Assembly: GCA_022646745.1 (NCBI GenBank)
Contig: CP060262.1
Location: 2,340,001 to 2,372,000, forward strand
Length of the DNA stretch: 32,000 nt
From: Planctomycetales bacterium
GTDB taxonomy: Bacteria > 4484-113 > JAFGCY01
Reading direction: 5' to 3'
Positions 17,141-22,720 of the stretch are shown here, piece by piece (the stretch's first letter is position 1; every line of letters starts with the position of its first letter). Made by a program: the position numbers and the translations under genes. Below the pieces are notes generated by a model. The model worked only from the letters and a program-made list of their open reading frames with translations. It searched no databases and was not told the DNA's origin.

Positions 17141-17845
17141 CTACAGCTTCGCCAGCTCATCGCGCAGCAGCCTGATGTTCAGCAGGCGCTGGCCGACGTC
17201 ATAGCTGCCAAGGATACCCAGCACGGCGAATGCCATCACATATGGCGTGAGCTGGGCCCAGGCGGTCAGCACGCTGGCATTGCCTCCGAACAGTCCGGTC
17301 TGGTACAGCACGAAGCCCAGCATTGCCAGCATCATCGCGAAGCTTGCCATGCTGGCCAGCCAGCGCATGCGCAGCAGGTGCCGTGGTTCCGCCAGGTACC
17401 AGTCCAGCTCTGAAGCGTACAGCCGCACCCAGTCCTTCAGTGACACTGGTGCTGGCCCGAGGAACAGGATCCAGGGCCAGGCAACGTACCGCCTGATGTC
17501 TGGCAGCTGCCCGTGGCCGATGGCAACCCTGTGGATGAAGTCGCTTTGATCCATGCGCTGCTGGATGCGCTCGCGATATGTCCGGCTGCGCCATTCCATG
17601 CACGCGAGCAAGGCGATACACAGTACCGTCCAGCCGATGAACTGCAGCGGGGGGAACTGCATTGCATTGCCCCCGGAGGCTGCGAAGTTGCCAGTGACGA
17701 TCATCACCAACCCGATCATGTACATCATCCCGCTGATCATGCGCGGGCTGTAGCCGGAACGCTGCTCCAGCATCCGGTTGAGTTCTGCCAGCAGCTGCTC
17801 ACTGTATCCGCCTCCCGAAAGTCCGGCATCCGCCTGACCGGCCAT
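17141..17845 (-). CDS. Polytopic membrane protein, family C paralog A
   Basis: The ORF is open to a GTG at 17917, but that codon directly abuts a terminator U-tract. The ATG at 17845 has GGAGGTG 4 nt upstream and gives 234 aa. It is paralogous to 20190-20900 (YRERIQQRM against YREKLRDKV; SELDWYLAEPRHLLRMRWL against SHLDWYLGKPDRVIRIEWL). Confidence 0.65.
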   Translation of the reverse strand: MAGQADAGLSGGGYSEQLLAELNRMLEQRSGYSPRMISGMMYMIGLVMIVTGNFAASGGNAMQFPPLQFIGWTVLCIALLACMEWRSRTYRERIQQRMDQSDFIHRVAIGHGQLPDIRRYVAWPWILFLGPAPVSLKDWVRLYASELDWYLAEPRHLLRMRWLASMASFAMMLAMLGFVLYQTGLFGGNASVLTAWAQLTPYVMAFAVLGILGSYDVGQRLLNIRLLRDELAKL

Positions 17846-17922
17846 GCTGCACCTCCATGCACAACTGTTGTACATCCTGCAGGCCTTGGCGGTTTCGTCG
17901 GCAAGGGTGGACTGCACAAATG

Positions 17923-17952
17923 AAAAAGGCAGGCCCGCCTGGGGCCTGCCTT
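17923..17952 (-). terminator. Intrinsic terminator after dockerin-like lipoprotein 17977-19845
   Basis: A perfect 11-bp stem, AAGGCAGGCCC (17926-17936) pairing with GGGCCTGCCTT (17942-17952), closes a 5-nt loop. On the minus strand it is followed by TTTTTCATTT. Confidence 0.7.
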
Positions 17953-17976
17953 CAATTGGGTCAGTCTGTTGTCCGC

Positions 17977-19845
17977 CTACTGCATCAACCAGGCCATCGT
18001 GTTGAGCAGCAGCTCGGCACGGACCATGCCTGAGGGGCTGCCGGACGGGTCGTCCTTGATCTCGACGTCATTCCAGGCATAGCCGATCACCCAGAACCGG
18101 GCACTGCCGAAGTCGTCAAGGTTGTATGACGGGAAGAAACCCATGTTGAAATATGGAGCAGTTGTGCATCCCCAGCTGGTGAAAGCCGATGCAATTCCCT
18201 CGGTCAGCGGCGGATCAAGTGTATCCAGCGGGAAGAAGCCCAGGCCTGTGCGGAAGCCGGCGCCGGCGGCGCTGCCACCGAAGAACCCGTCGAAGTAGCC
18301 GATGGACATGAACTGCGTATCATCCGGCAGGCTGATCTGCCAGGCAGCCTGCCCCGAACTGTCAGTGCCGGTGAAGAACTCACCATCGCCACTTCCGGTG
18401 CCGTTCGAATCCATCGAAACTCTGTTGGAATCAATCCTGCCAACCACGCTGAATGGCGCTGTCGGGAAGTAGCCGACACTGCCACCGAAGCCTACGCCGT
18501 CATCCTCGGCCAGGCCGCTCATCCAGACGAACCAGCGGTCAGCAAGTGTGAGCGTATTTGCGCCGACTACGCTGTAATCGGGGTGGTAATCCCAGGAGTT
18601 GATGAAGAAGCAGTCGCCCATCTGGTGGTTCTGGCTCAGCAGCAGCAGGTCGCCGTCCCCTGTCAGGATATCGCGGATGTTTTCCATTTCCGCTTCAGCC
18701 CAGACGCTCTCCTGCAGGTCAGTCTCGCTGCCGCCGGGGCCGCCGCGGTACCAGATCGCCAGGTCGTAGTCGCCGGTGAGGAAGTAGTCGTCAACGCCGT
18801 CGTAATAGTCAACTTCCTCGTAGTCCGTGCTCAGGTCGTCAAGGTCGGAGACGATCGCATCGTAGTTGGCATTGAAGCTGTCACCGTCGTCGCGCACCAG
18901 CAGCACCTTGCCACCGAAGTCCGGCAGCGGGTTGGGATTCGGGTCCGGGTCGGGGTCTGGATCGGGGTCCGGATCCGGGTTCGGGTCGGGATCAGGATCC
19001 GGAGCCGGCGGCGGGGCGAATTCCAGCGCCGGGTCATCGCCGGGGCCACAGCCCGGGCCGTCGCCGCCATGTGCATGGCTGCTGCTGCCTTCACTGCCGC
19101 TGCCAAAGCCGGCGAGGAAATAATCGTAGCCACCATCCACACTGACCGGGTCGTCAAACTGGAAGTGCACCACGCTGCTTCCGCCGCCCAGCGCCTCGCC
19201 GCGGCCGATCGTGTATGGCAGCCCGCCGTCCTGCGGGTTGGCAAGCATGCTGAATGAATCCTCGCCCGGAGCCTTGCGGTAGATGCGGTAGCCCTCCAGC
19301 TTCTCGCCGAAATGCTGGGCGATCACGGACACATCCGCCAGGTTGATCTCACCGTTGCCATCGCCGTCCACGCGGGCCAGCCTGTGGTTCTCGCTGTCGC
19401 TGTCCCCTGACGGGATGTCGGCTATGCCATCGTTGTCAGCCGCCGGAAGGTAGTCCACGCTCTTCAGGTAGTTCTGCCCGAGTGCGGTCAGGTCACTGAC
19501 CGCCACCTCGCCGTTCTGGTCGAAGTCACCGGCCAACCGCTCAGTCCAGCTGAGCCGGATATAGCTCTGCGCACCTTCCGGATCCATCTGCTCCACCCGC
19601 AGGTCGTTCACGGAGTTGCGCTCGCCAGTCGGTGCACTGGCTGCCACCTTGTCCGGGTCGATCCCCAGCCTGGCGAACTCAGCATCAAGTGCTGCGGCCA
19701 GTTGTTCACTGTCCGGCACGGACAATTCATTATTGCCAGTGCCAATTGCGGAGATATCCTGTTGAGTTCCGCTGCCAGCGCAGCCAAACAGGAAAAGTGC
19801 GCCAAACCCGATCAGTGCAATTCGGGTGTACTTCCCATGTCCCAT
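17977..19845 (-). CDS. Lipoprotein, family B paralog 2: dockerin-like module, (Pro-Asp/Asn)12 linker, shared C-terminal domain
   Basis: The ATG at 19845 is preceded by AGGAGGA; the ORF extension to 19998 is rejected. The leader is MGHGKYTRIALIGFGALFLFG-C. The Ca-loops are GDFDQNGEVAVSDLTALGQNY and DGDGNGEINLADVSVIAQHFG, followed by LEGYRIYR. The C-terminal domain (KVLLVRDDGDS, AIWYRGGPGGS, DLLLLSQNH, SWGCTTAP, FWVIGYAWNDVEI) is paralogous to 13659-15485. Confidence 0.85.
   Translation of the reverse strand: MGHGKYTRIALIGFGALFLFGCAGSGTQQDISAIGTGNNELSVPDSEQLAAALDAEFARLGIDPDKVAASAPTGERNSVNDLRVEQMDPEGAQSYIRLSWTERLAGDFDQNGEVAVSDLTALGQNYLKSVDYLPAADNDGIADIPSGDSDSENHRLARVDGDGNGEINLADVSVIAQHFGEKLEGYRIYRKAPGEDSFSMLANPQDGGLPYTIGRGEALGGGSSVVHFQFDDPVSVDGGYDYFLAGFGSGSEGSSSHAHGGDGPGCGPGDDPALEFAPPPAPDPDPDPNPDPDPDPDPDPDPNPNPLPDFGGKVLLVRDDGDSFNANYDAIVSDLDDLSTDYEEVDYYDGVDDYFLTGDYDLAIWYRGGPGGSETDLQESVWAEAEMENIRDILTGDGDLLLLSQNHQMGDCFFINSWDYHPDYSVVGANTLTLADRWFVWMSGLAEDDGVGFGGSVGYFPTAPFSVVGRIDSNRVSMDSNGTGSGDGEFFTGTDSSGQAAWQISLPDDTQFMSIGYFDGFFGGSAAGAGFRTGLGFFPLDTLDPPLTEGIASAFTSWGCTTAPYFNMGFFPSYNLDDFGSARFWVIGYAWNDVEIKDDPSGSPSGMVRAELLLNTMAWLMQ
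18931..19002 (-). repeat. Hexanucleotide repeat encoding 12 Pro-Asp/Pro-Asn dipeptides, a linker
   Basis: The plus strand reads GTTGGG ATTCGG GTCCGG GTCGGG GTCTGG ATCGGG GTCCGG ATCCGG GTTCGG GTCGGG ATCAGG ATCCGG. The translation is PDPDPDPNPDPDPDPDPDPDPNPN, inside CDS 17977-19845. Confidence 0.9.
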
Positions 19846-20109
19846 AAGTATCCTCCTGTGCCGGGGATGAGCCCCGGCCAGTTCGCAGCCGGTAGAACTG
19901 CTCCCCAGAATGTAACAGGATTCAGGATTCTCCAAAAGGCACAATCCTGCCGAAATCAGGGGAAACAGTCGTGCTGAGGATACACCTGCGACGAGCATTG
20001 TGTAGTTTTTCCGAAATCCCAGGAAATCACTTCACAAAGTGTTACCTGCACAAGTCAGCGGAAAGCTGTCCATGTACAACTGGACTCAACGCAGCTAACA
20101 GCATGGTGC

Positions 20110-20180
20110 TCAGTCCAGTTCGTCTTCGCCAGCCCTTGGCCGGTATGCCTTTCCTTCGAGGTCGGCCCGGGCAAAGCGGC
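20110..20180 (-). pseudogene. Orphan, diverged copy of the last ~23 codons plus stop of the gamma-CA-like gene
   Basis: 20110-20178 aligns codon for codon with 21048-21116, matching at 52 of 69 nt by hand count. The translation is ...RFARADLEGKAYRPRAGEDELD*, against ...RIARAYMEGKTYRPGVNEDELD* in the intact gene. No upstream coding continuation exists, because the stop of 20190-20900 lies about 10 nt away. Confidence 0.6.
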
Positions 20181-20189
20181 AGGGCCAAA

Positions 20190-20900
20190 CTAGTTGTCCT
20201 GAATCACAGACAACAGTTCGTTGAGGTTCACTTCATTACGGCAGCGGACCAGTTGTTCGCCTGAAAAGGCAAGCGTAAAGAAAGTGATTACAAGCAGATA
20301 ATAATGTTTAAAAATCCAACTCTGTTGAATCACTTCATTGCCAAACTGGTGTCGAACAACTGTGATAACCAGAGCAACCAACCCCAACTCCAGCATTGCC
20401 AGGATACACAGCAGCCACTCAATGCGAATAACCCTGTCAGGCTTGCCAAGATACCAATCCAGATGTGACACAACATATCGGAGCCATTGGTCTTCGTTCT
20501 TTGGTCGGAATCCGAGTATGAAGCGCATTGGCAGTGGGACGTAGTCGTGGACCATGGGTAAGGAATTGGGCCAGGCAAGAAGTTCCAGAGCGGTTTCTTT
20601 GTTGAGGACTTTGTCCCGAAGCTTTTCGCGATAAGCTGGCGTGAAATAGACAGACATGAAACCCATCGCCAGGCAGCAAGCCAGCCAACAGACTATGGGA
20701 ATATAAGGTAAGAGTCCTGGTTGGGGCTTGGGCGACCGTAAGCTTTCAGACGTATAGAAAATGAAGAAATATCCTGTGCCTCCCATGGCGTTCCATGCCA
20801 GAAAGCCAGAAGGATTTGCAAAGTACCTGTATCCCTTGGTGCGGAGATCATTAAGCTTGCCGGATAGCGCTACATTCCTGAATACTTGGATTCCTTCCAT
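20190..20900 (-). CDS. Polytopic membrane protein, family C paralog B, in a lower-GC segment
   Basis: The ATG at 20900 gives 236 aa, colinear with paralog A (234 aa). The ORF-track start at 20948 is a TTG. The sequence is visibly more AT-rich than its neighbours (for example AAAGTGATTACAAGCAGATAATAATGTTTAAAAATCC). Confidence 0.6.
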   Translation of the reverse strand: MEGIQVFRNVALSGKLNDLRTKGYRYFANPSGFLAWNAMGGTGYFFIFYTSESLRSPKPQPGLLPYIPIVCWLACCLAMGFMSVYFTPAYREKLRDKVLNKETALELLAWPNSLPMVHDYVPLPMRFILGFRPKNEDQWLRYVVSHLDWYLGKPDRVIRIEWLLCILAMLELGLVALVITVVRHQFGNEVIQQSWIFKHYYLLVITFFTLAFSGEQLVRCRNEVNLNELLSVIQDN

Positions 20901-21047
20901 CAAATGTCGCCTTGATTGCGTTGAATTGTAACTGCACTGCAATAACAATGACTATCGCAATCATTACTTTACATCAGGCTAACTGAGCCGATTCCACGCT
21001 GGCACGGATGTTGCCATACCTTCTATAGCACGGCTCAATTCGGAATG

Positions 21048-21674
21048 TCAGTCCAGCTCGTCCTCATTTACGCCAGGCCGGTAGGTCTTGCCTTCCATGT
21101 AGGCCCGGGCAATGCGCCGGTACTTGCGCGCAAAGGGCGTACCTGCCAGTCCGCGCAGCTCCTCCGGGATGTCAGCGGCATTTGCAATCGCCTCGCGTGC
21201 CCCGATCTTGACCAGTGTGCGCTCCGTCACTTCGCCCTTGACCTGTGCCGGGATGCCGACCGCCACGCTAAGCGGCGGAATCACCGCCCCCTCGCCGACC
21301 ACCGCGCCGGCCGCGATGATGCTGCCGCGCCCGATGTGTGCGCCGTTGAGCACCCTGGCACCCATCCCGATCAGGCAGCCGTCCTCCACCGTGCAGCCGT
21401 GCAGGATCGCGCTGTGCCCAACGGTCACGTAGCGGCCGATGATGCAGGGGTGCACATCCGCCACATGCAGCATCACGAGGTCCTGGATATTGCTGCCGAA
21501 GCCGATCTCCACGTGGTTCACGTCTCCGCGGATCACGCTGTTGAACAGCACGGTGCAGTTCTGCGCAATGGAAACGTCACCTGTCACCACCGCACCGGGG
21601 GCGAGCCATGCACTCTCGTGGATCTGCGGGCTGTACTTGCCATAGGGGAGGACTGTTGCTGAATTCACGGCCAT
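21048..21674 (-). CDS. Gamma-carbonic-anhydrase-like / left-handed beta-helix (hexapeptide repeat) protein, YrdA/PaaY-type
   Basis: 208 aa. PQIHESAWLAPGAVVTGDVSIAQNCTVLFNSVIRGDVNHVEIG... and ...GHSAILHGCTVEDGCLIGMGARVLNGAHIGRGSIIAAGAVV are the typical gamma-CA-family hexapeptide turns with conserved His residues. There is a C-terminal extension of about 45 aa. Confidence 0.9.
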   Translation of the reverse strand: MAVNSATVLPYGKYSPQIHESAWLAPGAVVTGDVSIAQNCTVLFNSVIRGDVNHVEIGFGSNIQDLVMLHVADVHPCIIGRYVTVGHSAILHGCTVEDGCLIGMGARVLNGAHIGRGSIIAAGAVVGEGAVIPPLSVAVGIPAQVKGEVTERTLVKIGAREAIANAADIPEELRGLAGTPFARKYRRIARAYMEGKTYRPGVNEDELD

Positions 21675-21851
21675 ACTTTACTACATCGGGAGCTGGGATC
21701 TGGATTGTGGGTTGTAGCAGGCGAGGATCTGGGAACTCGAGTGTAGGGTGTAGCAGAAGGGAATCAGAGTGCCCGGAGCGCGACGGGTAATCTATGGTCA
21801 TGCCGCAGGCATGACACCAGCCCTACACCCCAGGTCCCGTGTCCTAAGTCC

Positions 21852-22589
21852 TCAGTCTCCCAGTGGCCACTGCGGGCCGAACATCGCCTCGAACTGCTCG
21901 ACTGCGGCCCGGCCGCCGAGTGCGAGGATCTCAAAGAATCGCGCCCGGTCGCGCTCACGGTAGTCCAGCCGGCGTACGTTGAAGCCGGTCAAGTTGGCAC
22001 CGCTGCGCCGGCCCGTCGCCACCGCGAGGTAGTAGTCCAGCGCATTGGCAACACTGCCGCTGTCCGTCCAGTCGCTGGAGTACTGCGGCCGCCCGGCCCG
22101 GTTGAAGATCCAGGTCATGTTCGGCATCGAGCCGAAGTACTGGTGGCAGTGCCCCTGCAATGTGTCAACGAGGATCGGGCGCCCGCTGCCGATGCGATCC
22201 GTCATCAGCCGGGCCTGGGCCAGCTTCTGCTCGAAGCTCGTATGATGCGGGATCAGCTCACCGGGGTGCGCTTCATTCGTGTAGATGAAGTAGCTGCCGA
22301 CTTCCCGCGGGTTGTATTGCTGCGCCACTTCGTTCATCGATGGACCCGCCATCGTGCAGTAGGGTCAAGTGACGCTGCCGAACTCGAACACCGTCAGCAG
22401 GTGCCTGCGGCAGACCTCCTGCATGGAGACCTGCTCTCCCGTTGCCAGCATTGTCAGCTGGAAATCCGCTACCAGGCTGCCCGGTGGCGGGGACTGCTCG
22501 AAGCGCATCAGCGGCTCAAAGCCCTCCGCAGCAAACACCGCGTAGTTGTACTCCGCCAGCAGCTCAGGTCCCTTGAAGTGTGCAGTCAT
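21852..22589 (-). CDS. Probable selenoprotein: thioredoxin-fold, iodothyronine-deiodinase-like protein with an in-frame TGA (Sec75) in a U-P-Y-C motif
   Basis: ORFs 22365-22670 and 21852-22352 share one frame and are separated only by TGA (minus-strand codon 22367-22365) and four sense codons. Read-through gives ...PPGSLVADFQLTMLATGEQVSMQEVCRRHLLTVFEFGSVT-U-PYCTMAGPSMNEVAQQYNPREVGSYFIYTNEAHPGE...RPILVDTLQ.... The preferred start is the ATG at 22589 (MTAHFKGPELL...), giving 245 aa; the ATG at 22670 is an alternative. A hairpin lies 11-27 nt after the TGA. Confidence 0.7.
22338..22354 (-). promoter_or_regulatory. Candidate bacterial SECIS hairpin
   Basis: The mRNA reads UGA CCCUACUGCA CGAUGG-CGGGU-CCAUCG. 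This is a 6-bp stem starting 11 nt after UGA, with a G/U-containing pentaloop 17-21 nt after UGA. A further 4-bp helix (CUGC/GCAG) could close a larger structure. Confidence 0.45.
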
Positions 22590-22720
22590 TCCAGCCTCAC
22601 TACAACTATAGCGGAGTGCCACGCGGCACCTGCCTGGCTGCTGATTCGGACGTTTGGTGTTAAGATGCATTTAATCCGCCTTGCCCGTCCTGGACCGGGC
22701 AGATTCACCAGGAGCTGCCC

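Noticed and set aside
18931-19002. A CRISPR-like or other non-coding repeat array
   Set aside because: The repeats are 6-nt units, in frame, inside a long ORF, and encode a Pro-Asp linker. There are no spacers and no cas genes. No CRISPR array is visible anywhere in the window.
20186-21047. Calling the lower-GC interval a mobile element
   Set aside because: There is no transposase, integrase, terminal inverted repeat or short perfect target-site duplication. The flanking repeats are ~70 nt and only about 75% identical. It is reported as a finding, not annotated as a mobile element.
22365-22367. Genome-wide reassignment of TGA (as in some candidate phyla) as the explanation for the in-frame TGA
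   Set aside because: TGA terminates several well-delimited genes in this window at the positions expected from homologues or paralogs (4344-6008, 7287-9368, 12004-12750). The DNA is also GC-rich, unlike known TGA-recoding lineages.
22365-22367. A simple pseudogene or nonsense mutation as the explanation for the split ORFs
   Set aside because: This cannot be fully excluded. However, the stop falls exactly at the catalytic Cys/Sec position of the fold, both halves are otherwise intact and in frame, and a hairpin sits at SECIS distance. Chance disruption at that one codon is much less likely.
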